From NCBI GenBank assembly GCA_900088475.1, contig FLMG01003040.1, positions 1 to 63,542 on the forward strand: 63,542 nt of DNA, read 5' to 3'. Source of the DNA: Hyphochytrium catenoides (lineage: Eukaryota; Protista; Hyphochytriomycota). Made by a program: the position numbers and the translations under genes. Shown here piece after piece: positions 36,401-55,163 of this stretch (positions within the stretch are counted from its first letter, which is position 1; every line of letters starts with the position of its first letter). Under the pieces are notes generated by a model that made no database searches, was not told where the DNA came from, and saw nothing but the letters and a program-made list of their open reading frames with translations.

Positions 36401-36610
36401 TACACACCTAGCTCTTAGGGACATAGATGTTACGGGTACAGCTGTGATATGAGAAAGAGGGGTGTGGCGGCAAGCTGGGAGGGCGGACACGCAAAGATCT
36501 TGTTGTTGACAAGAGACCAGACCGATGTCATCACTGATCATTCAGAGAAATCTCAATCATATATCACTACCCAGTCCCTTGGTATCGGTTCATCTAGATT
36601 GTACTCATCA
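33430..36610 (+). mobile_element. Degenerate, 5'-truncated Ty1/copia LTR retrotransposon
   Basis: Copia order GAG-pre-integrase (KRLNHP...CETCILAK), integrase (KKIRSDRRGEF; VGYDSGTHGYRLYDP), RT (EPKIVREAL, WVFRVR...KYKARL, VFVDDML), RNase H (ADADWASD..KSITGY, MVADGLTKPL). Many frameshifts. Confidence 0.93.
36359..36610 (+). repeat. Putative 3' LTR of the copia element
   Basis: Starts TGTTGAGTGC directly after a purine-rich tract (GACGGGAAG) and ends GTACTCATCA, an 8/10 inverted match with TG...CA termini. No matching 5' LTR seen. Confidence 0.55.
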
Positions 36611-38838
36611 TCATACAGCAGCAGAAGCAGCGTAGTAGTAGTAGTAGCTTCAGGCACCCATCCTTCCAGCTCTGTAAGTTTCATGAGGAGGCAAGAAGGC
36701 TGTCCCAGGCAGGAGAAGACAAGATGAAAGGAGATTCATCAACAACAAAGGCGAAGAGGCCACAAGCTTCAAGCAGCAGAGCTCGAGAGTCTTTCGTATC
36801 TTCTGCGAGGAGAAGATCTGTCGTCCCTAATTTACCTTCTTCTTGACAAAGCAGTAGCAACATGTCCATCGATCCTACCATTTCCTCTGACGAGGTGGAG
36901 CACTTAGTGACATAGAGTGATCGATGGATGAGTGTGACGTGCGTGATGACGTTGAGGCATCAATTCCTGCAGCAAGCGAACTACCACGACGAGCCAGAGA
37001 AAAAGACATAACGTGAGTCGCTTGTATCCTCCTACTAAGAGGAATCCTCATGACAAGGAGGTGCGATGACTGCGTGTCACGTCGTCTTGCCCCGGCTTAA
37101 GGTTGCCAATACAGCTATTGTTCTTCGTTATTATGATCCAAGAGAACATAATAATACATGGACCCAAGAAGCATCATCCACTTATTACTCATCATCATAC
37201 GACAACTGTTGCCTGCTACATTTTGCTATGCAGTGAAAGCCACCGCCCTTTCTTTCAAGGTCATCATTCTACTCATCTACTACTAATAAGGCTACTCATC
37301 CATAATCAGCAAAAAGATAATAACAAGAGCTCGCGGCGGGGTATGTCACCCTCCCACCGTACAGGCCCCAAAATGGTGTGTGAACTGCTTTGGGAGTGGT
37401 GGAGGTGCCCCCGTTCTCTATAGCCCCTACTTGTACAAGCGTGAAGGTGGTGGCTTGTTGCCATGGTTTCTTGGCCATCCTGATAGTGAGCCCTAAGATC
37501 GAAGGGCCCACAATTTCCAAAACGGTAGTTCGAGGCATTACTACCCAGCTCCTGTGAAAGGTGGAAGAAAACAATGTCAGTACCACAACATTTCCATTTT
37601 TTTTGCCAAGCTGAGTTTTCACTACAGTAGCAGCTTTCCTGCTGGAAAATTGCGAAAGCTTCAGACCTTTGTTTCAAGGGGTTGGTTCAAGAGCAAGGGA
37701 GGGGTGGCCCGGCCCACTAGAGGGACAGTTCTCGATTTTTGGACGCCAACCGCCATTTTATCCTTGGTGATGAGCTCACAACCCCACTACGAGTACCATA
37801 ATACCGTCCATTTAACAGCCTCGCTAATGAGTTCTGAATAAAACGGCACTGAAAGGGGTTGGAAAGGCTTGCTTGTTCTTTTATAAATAAGCGTCTAGAG
37901 AGGACCATGAGTTATTCTTCCGTAGGTTCTCGAGAAAATAGAAGCCACTTCTTCATCGCCATGATGATGGCTTCAGTCAACAAAGATGTGGTGGAGGAAT
38001 CGTCAACAAGTACGAACATAATAGGAAAGTACTCAGGCCTCCTCCTCGTCGCCTACAGATATATTGTCTCTTTTGTTGTAGATCCCCATCCCGTCACCCA
38101 TCTTCAGCTTTCGCAGCAGAAGCTTCAAGGAAGGAAGGCGTCCTCATCATGCAGTATGGGCTAGTGAAGCGCCATGAAGAGGGAGCTATTATTATAAAAC
38201 GGTGGCGACCTGCTGGAAGAATTGGTCCATCAGGAGGTAAATAATAAAGTGACAGCTGCTGGTGTAAGATAGAGCTGGCTGCGATTATCATCGGTATTCT
38301 GGCCGCTGGCAAGAAAGAAGAAAAACAGCTCTCCCCTGTTGCTGCTGGTGGTGGTACAGACCCAGGTTTTGCTGACGCTCACCACCACCGGTGGTGTTCG
38401 ACGATTTTTAATGAGAACAGAAGGGTTGGGAGGAGATAATTTTTATATATAATGAAAACAAGTTTAGCAATGATACAGATCTTTTTCCTTCCGTGGTGGT
38501 TGAAACCCGGCTTTATCATGGTGCGTACAGATAGTGGGTTGACTTTGTTGTGTTACTGCCAGCCATCACCATCAATCCAGTGACGACACGGTGCAAATCT
38601 TAGGAACGTTACGGTCCCATTAGATAAAAAGAAAGCTCGTCATTATCCCTGCTATGATCCTCGCCTGCTGCTTCTGCTCAGAGTCAGAACGAGTGATATA
38701 TCATTAGAGGATTTCCCAAGGCTCACTTTGACTTTGTGGAGGAAAGGGAAAGCGGACATTTAGCCTTTAATGACAAAAGAGGCTACGGCTGATGAAGGTT
38801 GAAGCACCAAGCCTTCTCTCTACGACTCTTCTTCCGTT

Positions 38839-38852
38839 CTCACTTCCAAATA
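38839..38852 (+). promoter_or_regulatory. Putative oomycete-type initiator CTCACTTC upstream of the crystallin-like gene
   Basis: CTCACTTCCAAAT ~100 nt before ATG 38948. Confidence 0.4.
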
Positions 38853-38947
38853 ATCCAGCACAACCGCAAGTACCAGCAGGGCCACATTACCAGGACGACG
38901 GCGTTAACTACCAAGGAAAACACGCTTCGCTCTCTCTCACAAGAGTC

Positions 38948-39274
38948 ATGAATCTTCAGACAAAGCTTGGCGGAGGAATTCTCTTCCTGTTTCTCACACT
39001 CTCCGGCCCGTGCTCTGCCAGCTTCTACGGCTGTGAGCGGACGAACTTCCAAGGCCACTGTCAGGACTATCATACCGGCGACGGAGGGTGTATCCCTGCG
39101 AACTATGACTTTGGGTCTGGACGCGCAATAAACAACTGGCGGTGCACTGTATACAAGAACAGTAATTGCGACCCTTCCGCAGGAGCCATGTGCGTCGACG
39201 TCGAGGGCTGGAGTAACTTTGGCATGACAGTGCGTTCTGTTCGATGCTGGGACAGGAAGCCTACCACCTGCTAG
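38948..39274 (+). CDS. Small secreted Cys-rich protein, beta/gamma-crystallin-like (fungal killer-toxin/MiAMP1-type fold by inference)
   Basis: Signal peptide MNLQTKLGGGILFLFLTLSGPCSA; 84-aa mature part with 8 Cys; Greek-key-like motifs FYGCERTNFQGHC, CTVYKNSNC and terminal VRSVRC; intronless. Confidence 0.72.
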   Translation: MNLQTKLGGGILFLFLTLSGPCSASFYGCERTNFQGHCQDYHTGDGGCIPANYDFGSGRAINNWRCTVYKNSNCDPSAGAMCVDVEGWSNFGMTVRSVRCWDRKPTTC

Positions 39275-40855
39275 TAGAAAGAAAGAGATAACATGGTGAC
39301 AACATGACTGACACGAGGGAACAGGAACATCTTAGCCAGCGCTCATAACGACTAGGTCGCCTTACGAGAGAGGCCCCCTCAGCTGTGATGTTTTTAAGGG
39401 AAAGGTCTTGGTGGCGGTGAGCCGGAGAGGGGAGAACAGTAGTACTCTTACAGTACTTCTTACTTTTGATGCTGATAAGTAGAACTAAAAAGAACGATTT
39501 CCTATCCCCTACCTCGCTATCGCCAAAGTCGACAACTAACCTTGACTGCCTCTATCTCCTTCGTCCGGGTATCGTTGTCAGGAGTAGTAGTAGTCCACCT
39601 TCCCCATCCAACCATCAGACAGTTCTATAACTCCACAACATTAGAAAGAAGAAGCCTAGCAGAAAGATCCTCGGCGCAGCAGTGATTCAGATTCTCAGTG
39701 TAATGACGCCACAATGAAGGTTGAACAAGCGTACAATCTGTTGCGAAGATCCTTTGGTCAGAGCAACGAGAAGAAGCACGTTTAAGGGGATTTTTTTCCT
39801 GTTGCCTTGGAGGAGTGTGGGGTGCGGGAGACATAATCAATGTGCCACCGTCAGGTTGAAATTTACCAAGTTAAAAGAACGACCCCATACAAGAAGCTCG
39901 AAGCTTCTTGATGATGTAGACCGTCATCACCAAACCGCTCTACAACCATGGTGCTTTGCTGCAAAACAAAGAAATTGTTCTTCTCGACTGGCTCCTAAAC
40001 TGCTTCCTGCCCGCGGTCTGTTGTGCATCGTCGTCATCTTGAGCCGCCCGCCATCGTGCATTCATATCAACCAATATAGCGACCTTATTAGTGCTACCTC
40101 GTAACATCCATCCTGGAAGTCATTCTCTTCTGCCCGCCTTCGTACGAGCCCTGCATGTTCCCATGGCAAGCAGCAGTCCAACAGCAGAATAGTTCCTCCG
40201 TCATCATCTGCAGCTTTGTTCTCACTGCTCAGCTTCCAGACTTCCAGCTGCAGATGTGTAAGTTCGTCTGGATACTGTAATATCAGCAGGTTTATTGTAC
40301 ATATTATGGAACGGCAGTCAGGTTTATTCTTGACAGGCAGTTCGTAGGCTGTGATACTGGAGGAGGACTGAAAGAATGAGTACCAATCGTATCCACAGCT
40401 TCACTTCAACATTTTTGCTGATCCTACGAGTAGAACATCACAAGCGCGAATGAGAGTGAGTAGAGAGACCGAGTTAAGGAAACAGAGGCACAGAGATACA
40501 AAGACATACTGCTACAAACATTAGAGAGGCTGAGAAACAGAGGTGCAGAGAGACAGAGTGTCCCGGGAGAAAGAAAATGGGACAGTGAAAATTCCTTATT
40601 AGTGCGAACAAAGGAGAGAAGACAGAGGTGAGCTACAGCAGCAAATCATAAGGGAAGTAGACTGTGGAGAGAGGAGAGGACGGGGAATCCTTCTCTTCTT
40701 CGTGTCGTTTCGACTTCCATTCTCCGCCATCGATCCAGTGCGAGCGAAGCGAAGAAGCTTGAGCTGGTCTGCCAAGCGCTGCAAGACAGTTCACAGATCT
40801 CTTCACATTGATCGCGGAGCTTTCTCTCATATCTGTACCTCCTCTGTCTGCAATA

Positions 40856-44002
<3,147 letters not shown>

Positions 44003-44156
44003 CTTTTCTGTCCTCTTTAACCTCATCAACCCGATTTGGAGACGAACTCGAGAAGAGCGATGAGCGATTTTTGCATAGATAGCTGTGTCCGAAGGTGTTG
44101 GTCAGAGAGCGCAAAGTAGGAGAGGAAAAGCACTGCAGCTGAAGTGTCTATGGGTC

Positions 44157-46096
44157 TTACCGGTAAATATCCTGAAGGACGTAGTGAACAAGAGCTCCGT
44201 TTGCTTCCGCTATCGCTGCCTTGTCATCCTTGGCAAGGTTACCAAGACGCCAGAGCTCGTTTAAAGATCTAACAAACTTTCCTGTCAACCCGAGAACAAA
44301 AGAATTAGTGTTTATATGATCTACCAGCCTGTGCGGGCGTGGGGTATGACGCAGCGATGAGAAATGGAAATCGTGTGTGTATCGGGCTGAGGGAAACATT
44401 TAGTACAGAACGTTATGAGCTTAGGAAGCATCAGCCCACAGGAATAGGTCAGGGGCTACCGGCTACCTTGAGGAGTCACGAAACCCTTCTCACCCCTCTG
44501 CCAACCCTGAGGCGGCTCTATAACGTCGGTAGGGTCTCTAAGGAGCTTCGGTAGTAGCACTGCACATATCATAAGGTAACTTAGGGTTGGGAAGGAGAGT
44601 GACATAGAGTCGAGAGGGCTACGGCAGACAAAGAGTTGGTATCTTACCTAGAAAGCGAAGCAGATGCTCTGCTCCATACACATTCACTAGGGCCGTGTTT
44701 TTGTCTAATGCCTAGGAAGTTCAGAAGATGCCAAGAACAGTTGCGGAATGTTATCACGTGTTCATAAAGAGGATTATCGCCATGGCAACAACGGGCTTCA
44801 AAGGAGAAGTCACCTGGAATTGCTCCTCTTCGACTTGATACAGGAGCACCCGTCCAACTACCTCCTCAAAATACTGGCCCAGTTCGTCCAGGATCAGTCG
44901 AGGGGCTGCGTCATACTTTTTCATCACTACGAGGAAGTAGGCCAGTCGATCAGAGTCGAAGGCCCACCAGGCCCAAAGGCACCAGAGACATAAGGAACAT
45001 TTGATGGACTAGTAGAGTTCGGTCAGCTATTGAGGGGTCAAGGACCTGCGAGCTTCTCTAAGATATCGTGTACTGTCACTCCTCGAGGCAGGGTGTAGGT
45101 CTGACGCCTGTTATGAACAAAGTCATAATCTTCTAATAGCTCGTCCTTCAAGAGCTTTGGGATGTGATCCGGAGAGTCATAGCCGAGAATGGTTGCTGCT
45201 GCCTGCCACAAGCGTATAAGAGGGGATAGGGTAGACTGTGAGGATCAGAGGCGAATGAACCATAAAGAAATGCCTGAGCACCCCAGCGAACCTACCTTAC
45301 TCTTTGCCTTTTTCGTAGGTAGAGACTGAACGTTCTCGGGCTTTGGACGCTTAAGATTCACGACCACGATCTCTTGATTCTGCGTAGTAGGAGGGTCCAC
45401 AAGAGAAGGGTGACAATAAGGTTCAAAGGTTGGCCGAGAGACGAAAGATCAGAGCTACTCCTTACGATCGGTTGCACTTCCAGAGCTTTGCTTGCCAACG
45501 TGAAGCGGAGCTGGTACACTCCCGGAGACAAGAAGGTTGGCTCTCTGAAGTAGAAGCACTTGTCACTCCATGGCTTGCTGCCAAATGTGAGAAGTGATGT
45601 TATTAGTGCCATGCAAAGACTGTGCACGAGAAGATAGTTTAGGGCTGGGGGTCAAAAGGCCCAACGAAGAGTTCCGAAGCAGAATGAGCGTGGTGAGACT
45701 GTGGACGGCCGACACAGCTTGGCTACTTACCCAGCAGAGGTTGTGAATAGGACGTTCTCCTTCCTATCCCCTGCGAGCTGAACTATGTCGTACTGAACTC
45801 TAGTGTCCTTCGGACACTTTATCAGTATGCCAGTCGCAGCATTTTTGGCAGCGACAGCGTAATACCCTCCGCCCCACATGAATCTGCCATCGTCATCCAC
45901 GACTGCAGTTGGAGTTGTTATATCAGGCGCGCGTTAACTCTCTGGTCAAAAGGCGCTCACCTTCTCCTCCATTGGCCTTCTTCGGAAGTGCTGCTCGTGG
46001 AGGGACTCCAGACGACTTCTCGCTAATGACAAAGTCGAGTATGACCTGATCTTCCTCTGGCCCTTTGACTTTCAGTTCCTCTTTGTCAGTCGCCAT
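44157..46096 (-). CDS. MRG-domain chromatin protein (Eaf3/MRG15-like C-terminus; divergent N-terminus), multi-exon
   Basis: IPKLLKDELLEDYDFV...LPRGVTVHDIL, QYFEEVVGRVLLYQVEEEQF and VYGAEHLLRFL match MRG-domain motifs. Confidence 0.78.
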
Positions 46097-46968
46097 GGCT
46101 GCTATTACTAAAAATTCTCATGTAGTCTTGCTCTCCCTATGCCTGGCTCCACCATTCCTACTTTCCACCATAGATCTCAGGCATTCCTGGCGATATCTCT
46201 TTAGCTATGATTGCCTCTTTCGAAGCTCTACGGACGCGTCGTCGTCCTTTCCTCATGTCAGGCTCGTTGAGCTTCATCGGTGTGAGACGTCATACTGTCA
46301 AGGAAAAACATCTAAAAATCTTTGAGAGAGAGCGGAGAGAGCTTACCAACCCTAACTTGTTCATAAATATTATTATTCTTACCTGATAACGTTGTATTCT
46401 CTATATGTATCGATAAAGAGTAAAGCAGTAACTCAGATACCTACATCAAGTGTTAATAGTCGTACGATAAAGCCAGATCTGTTCCTCGTATTGCCGCAAT
46501 CGAGGGAAGCTCAATGCGACAATATCTGTTGTTTCTTCCCCATTCCTCGGGTTAACATTCTGAGCAACTTCAACCGTCGAGAGTCTTTCTTAATAGAGCT
46601 CAGATCTCTGGTCTCTGCCATGTCAGAAGAAAGTGGACATCGCTGATGTGGCTGATGGTCTCTGGACAAATCTTCGAGACTCGTACTCCTCAATCGCTGC
46701 CTCCATTAGTGCCTTGCGGCTGCTGTTACTCGCTGTGACAGGTGCCTTGGCAGAGAACAAGCCGCTTAAGAACCCCCGCCGTGTTCCAAATACGGGGCGG
46801 CGCAACAGATACACTGACGGCGGGGTGTCCCGTCCTCGTGCTGAGTCTTAGGGAAGTGACCGGAGGCCTCCAGACGGTTGTCACTACGAGGACCCGGCGG
46901 CACATCTTAGTCCAAGCTGGAACCAAGTGCGCATATCTTCAATATCGTAGTGTCATGCTGAGACTAAC

Positions 46969-49917
46969 ATGCTTGTGCCGGCTGCTGCAGAATTCGCATT
47001 TTCACCGCCCAGCAAACGGCGGAAGGTGGCGCGGACTGCCTCTGAAAATGGTGCCGAAAGCGCAGCTGATAGCAAGCCTTCAGGTGTGCTCTTGCAATGA
47101 TGCCTGTACAGGCATTCCCCTCGTTATGCTAGACTCTCACTGCGCCGACCAAACAGGCATGAAGGAAGGCACTATGAAAGCCGAGACAAGCTCTACAAGG
47201 TAAGGCGGGATATAGCAGATTGTCAGCGCCATAATCATAACACTGCATCTCTATTTATAGCAGAGCTTGGAGCCTTGATAAGGAGGAGTATCTCAAAGTT
47301 CTTATCGGTGCAATCGATGAGCTCGGTTATAGGTAAGAACTCCCCGAATGGTAGTTGCTTAGGATATCTTCGCCTTTTGACAGAAGTGCATAGCCGCTGC
47401 GCCAGGGCACTTGAGGAAGATTCGGGCATTCAAGTCACCAACGAGGCGGCCAGCGGCTTCTGCACAGCGATCCTAGGAGGGGACTGGGAAGAAGCACTCA
47501 AGCTCTTGACTAAATTGCAGTTCAAAGATAGAGATGGCGCAGAAAAAGCCCAGTTTCGCATCCTTGCCCAGAAGTATCTGGAGATGGTGGAGGAAGGAGA
47601 CTACCAGGCCGCTATCAGATGCCTGCAGAAGGAAGTGGCCAACTTGGCTCCTGTACGTGATGCCCATTTCCTCGTTTTCCATTGCATCTTAGCTATCTGG
47701 TTTGAGTGAGCTCTGGCCGCCGTCTTAGCATCTTCGCCTCTCTCCTTGTTTTCCTCGTCCTTCACCTAGACCTTTAACGCTTGAATGGAGCTATATTGCG
47801 TCACCCTTTTCGAAAGACCTCTAAACGCTGAAACCACCTGTCTAGAGCCCTGAAGAACTCCATCGGCTGTCATCTGCCTTGCTTTACGCCAATGACCCGC
47901 CTCGTCTCTATCTAGAGATGCAGTGGCCAGGCACCAAGGGAGGCTCAAGAGCCGAACTACTAGAGAGTGTGAGCGCTATCATGTCTCCAAAGCAAATGGT
48001 TCCCAGGAATAGATTGCAGGTGGAGTCACCCGTAGGCTTATGTGCGACAGGATTGAGCAGGGATCTCCTACAACGAAACAAAATACCAGGGCAAGAGGCA
48101 ACGTGGAAGATAGCTGAGTTAGGGAAAACAGGGTCACGCATCTGTGGACTCATCATCTTCTCTCCTAGATCCTCATTCAGCGGTCTATCCAGTGTCAAGT
48201 ACAGAACTTTGAAGACAACAATGTTCCTGCCACTTCGCTTTCTCTTTTGGAAGACTCCTCATTCGATAGGTTCCTCTACAACCCCGTGTCTTACTCGTGC
48301 ATTGTCTGATCCGCCGGTGGGTCTCCTCTGTCTTAGGCCACTATTGCCCAGACATACTCTGTACGTCTTGGAGGAACATTGCGATGAAGTCCTCTATGTG
48401 AGCTTTTCCCACAAGGGTGATCGCTTTGCGTCGGCCTCAAAGGACCTTTCCATCATTATATGGGCTTACTCCACCGCGGTATGCCGAAGGTCATTACTTT
48501 AGACGCCTAGATGTGACGTGCACATGGAAACCGTAGTCAAGAAGGAAGAGATCCCGGTCATGGAGGGTAACAAAAGAAAGTGCCTCTCTGGACTGACTTG
48601 CTAACATTGGAATATTTCAGCAATCACCGACACAACTTCATTCTTTGCGGGGCCATTCCGATGCTCCGTATTCCCTCGACTGGTCCCCAGACGACAAACG
48701 GATAGTATCCTGCGGCAATGATAGCCTGGTGAAGCTCTGGGATGCTGTGGTATAGCAAACAAGTCGACCACCAGTGGAGCAAACGTCTCATCATCTTGTC
48801 TTGGTGTAGTCCGGGGAATGTATTTCTACTCTAGACAAGCACTCCATGCCCGTGCAAGCAGTGGCTTGGCTACCTGACGGCCAATCCTTTGTATCAGGGG
48901 GCCTGGATAAGAAGCTCTTTCGATGGGTGAGCCGCTAAGATATGCTTAGATGATACCGTTTGACCAATACTCCACCACTAACAAAAGCCTGTTCCATGCA
49001 GAGTCTCTCGGGTCAGGTCTTGCAAGAGTGGTCAGGACATCGGATCAATGACATCTCGGTGACTCCTGACGGTAATCGAATCTTCGCAGTTTGCTCAGAG
49101 AAAATGCTTCGGGTGTACTACACCGATGAGTGGAAGAAAGCTGAGACGTAAGAAATCAAGCCCTTCACCTGACTTTGGGCAACCTACACGGCTTTGTCGA
49201 TGGTTTACTTAGTTGCCTCTCGTATTTCTTTTTGTGCTTTCTAAGTTCCACGTTTCTTATGCTTTACGACCACACTTCAGGGTTCTCGAGCCAGACAGCG
49301 TCACATCACTTTCGTTGGATGCCCAGGGACGGTATGCCCTGCTAAATATAGCAGGAGAGGTAAGATGCTTCCTTCTAAGGCCCAGAGCTAACACAAAGTG
49401 GAGCCTAATACTTCATGCGAAGAAGGGAGAAGTCCAATGCGTGGACACTCTACAGGGTGCAGTTATAGGAACCTATAAAGGACACAAGCAAGGGAGGTTT
49501 ATCGTGAGGGCCGCGTTTGGCGGTCTGAACCAAGGGCTGGTCGTATGTGGCAGTGAAGGTGAGAAAGGCTTACACTCTCCCCAAACTTGATGCTATCCCT
49601 CCTTAATGCTAGTTCCCGGCTCGATCGTCCTAAATGCCTGCCACCCCTGGCGCGTTGAAGAATGTTCAGCATTCCTACCACCGATAAATATCCGTTACTC
49701 TTCAAACTCGTCGGGAGACCTTGATACCTTCTTATTCAGTCTCTCTTCATATCGTGTAGACTCCTGCATTTACATCTGGCGAAGAAAGGGTGGGGAGCTG
49801 CTCGAGCGGCTGCTGGGACACTCCAGGACTGTGAACTGCATCACTTGGCACCCGTCAGATCCCCATCTTTTCGTCTCCGCTAGTGATGATCACACACTCA
49901 GAGTCTGGGGTACGTGA
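46969..49917 (+). CDS. WDR26: WDR26/GID7 (LisH-CTLH-WD40) subunit of the CTLH E3 ligase; start codon uncertain
   Basis: LisH (DKEEYLKVLIGAIDELGYS...ALEEDSGI), CTLH (ILGGDWEEAL, FRILAQKYLEM), MVPRNRL, LEEHCDEV, YKGHKQGRFIVRAAFGG, GSED, LLGHSRTVNCITWHP...SASDDHTLRVW. Confidence 0.9.
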
Positions 49918-50207
49918 CCTCTACGGTGAACGAGAAAAGAGGCCCCGCTGACAGGAGAGAAGTGGCAGATATGCGTGAGTTGAATCTGTACAAGGTATAT
50001 TACATAAGAGCTAGTGTCACAGTCTTCCAAACCCTGCCATGTTCTGCCGGTGCGCGGGTTCGTCTCTGGCTTTTTCAATGTCGCTTAACTACACTGGCCT
50101 TCATCACGGCTGTCGGAGGTACATCTGTCTGAAAGTGTCCTCTGCAGCTACGAACAGTTCCGTCTTCCGCAGAGGATAAAAGCGCGGTTTTGCGTGCATG
50201 GATCGCC

Positions 50208-50920
50208 CTACTTAAGGGACATCTTATACTCCTTGGTGTTCAGCACCTTCCGACCACACATCGCGCATATTCCTACGATATAGGCAAGAAAACTTAGCGC
50301 GGCCTCACTCGTCAAGTCACTACCACCTTATTTCATACCCGACTCACATATATATATATAGGGCAGAAAATGTCAAAATGGGAGGAAGCAGGGTAAACAA
50401 GGATTTTCAGTAGAGGAGCATCCGGGCCTCAAATGGAAGAGGAGCAGCTGATAGGAACATAGAGAGTGGAGATGAGGGACAGGTGCATTAAAAACAAGTG
50501 TTCTAGCTGAGGAAAGGGCTAGCATGGAAAGAAGAGGTCTGAAAAGGTACACGACTAGCCCGTAGTTGATAGGAGGGTTGAGACAGTCTGCAGAATCCGT
50601 TGGCGAAGAAGCTACCTTTTTTGTAGGCACAGCCCGTGCAGTAATGAGCCTCTTGCGATACCTTCGACTTGCAGATCCGGCAGGCCCTAGACATCGGCGT
50701 AAACCTACAGCCTGGAAGTCAGCGCCATACTACAATGGGACTGAGGTAATGTCATACTAATGCTTTACCTTGCACTCTTGCCACGCTTGCTCAGAAGTTG
50801 ATTGGACGGCCCTACAGCTCTACCACCATCCTTCCCGCCGACGGTGTTTCTGGCACCATCCTTCCATTTGTCGGGTACAACGAGCTTGGAGAGCTTCTCT
50901 TCACACTTCTCGCAGACCAT
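50208..50920 (-). CDS. CRIPT: Cysteine-rich PDZ-binding protein CRIPT (3 exons)
   Basis: MVCEKCEEKLSKLVVPDKWKDGARN...CRICKSKV...YCTGCAYKKG|ICAMCGRKVLNTKEYKMS. Confidence 0.94.
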
Positions 50921-51502
50921 CTCTGCGTTAGTGCAGGATAATACTCTCTCCTCTCCGCTTCGGCACCGAAGTTCTGCGGCCACCAGTCAACACAGGGAGT
51001 GCTTCAGATTGGCGTCTGAGTAACTTCTGCTGCTTGGGACTCAACAAGAATATCAACATCATCTTCTGGCCGCAATGCTCGCTTCCTTGCTCTGTGAAGC
51101 TGTGGGGACTGTGAACCTGTTCTGAGTTTGTGAACTCAATACTTTTTTGTTTCACTGTTAATCAAAGAGACACAGTTGCCAAGAAAAAGCTATTTTGACG
51201 TCAAATACAACATATTTTTCTGCTCTCAGCTGTGATAATTAACATGGAACCCTATGTGCCTTTACAGTGGTCGGAGTGGTTAGGTCCCACATTTACCCTA
51301 AATGGACGGGTTAGGGAGGCATCCGAACTCCGATAAGCTGTTTCCATACTTGAACAAAGGGTTGTCAAGTTTATAGGAGGCGTTATGTACCGATATCTTT
51401 GTTGGTAGAGTTCTACGGTACGAGCTTCTGTCTTCCCTCCATCACAGCATCACAGCTCGCCGTCCTTCACAAAGAAGATCCGTGTCAGCGATCTCTTGCA
51501 CT

Positions 51503-51514
51503 CGTCTCTTTCGT

Positions 51515-51588
<74 letters not shown>

Positions 51589-51650
51589 CCCATCTCTCTA
51601 TCTATCTTGCTCTCTCTCTTGGCTCTTTCTCTCCTCTCTCTCTGCTCTCT
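51503..51650. repeat. (CT)n microsatellite upstream of CIPK
   Basis: Visible CT run. Confidence 0.9.
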
Positions 51651-51874
51651 CGTCTGACGCTTCTCTCCTTTGCTCTTGATCTTACGAGTAGCGTCAGTCT
51701 TTTTCTGATCGGGAGCATCCGCTGACAGAGCTCACTTGTGCTTCTGCTCAGCGTCTGTTTCTCTTTGGGCCATCCTGTAAAAGCACTGTTGAAGCTCCTT
51801 TTGACATAAATATAGACCTTGATCTTAGACCCGAGAGAAGGAGGAGGATATCGGAGCTGCGTTAGGGAGCCAGA

Positions 51875-54894
<3,020 letters not shown>

Positions 54895-55163
54895 AGTAGG
54901 GTAGAGCCTTACGCTAGCTGCCACACGAGTCTAGAGCTCTAAAACTATGAGTATGGAGTGAACTACGCAAATTACACTCGCTACCAACTGTAAAAGTGAC
55001 GTCGGTGCGGAGAGGCTAACCTCATCCAAGCTTGGATAGAGACTAGGCGCATGCACGAGAAAACTTAAGGGAGAGGGAAGGGGTTGTCTTGTCGAAAGTT
55101 GGGATGAGGAAGACTAACAAGCGGGTCTAACTTAAGATAGAAACTGTACAGCCCATGTCGGGA

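Noticed and set aside
37620-37725. CACTA-like word and GC-rich hairpin plus CTAG (Helitron 3' end?)
   Set aside because: No partner TIR, and the hairpin is weak and not at canonical spacing from CTAG.
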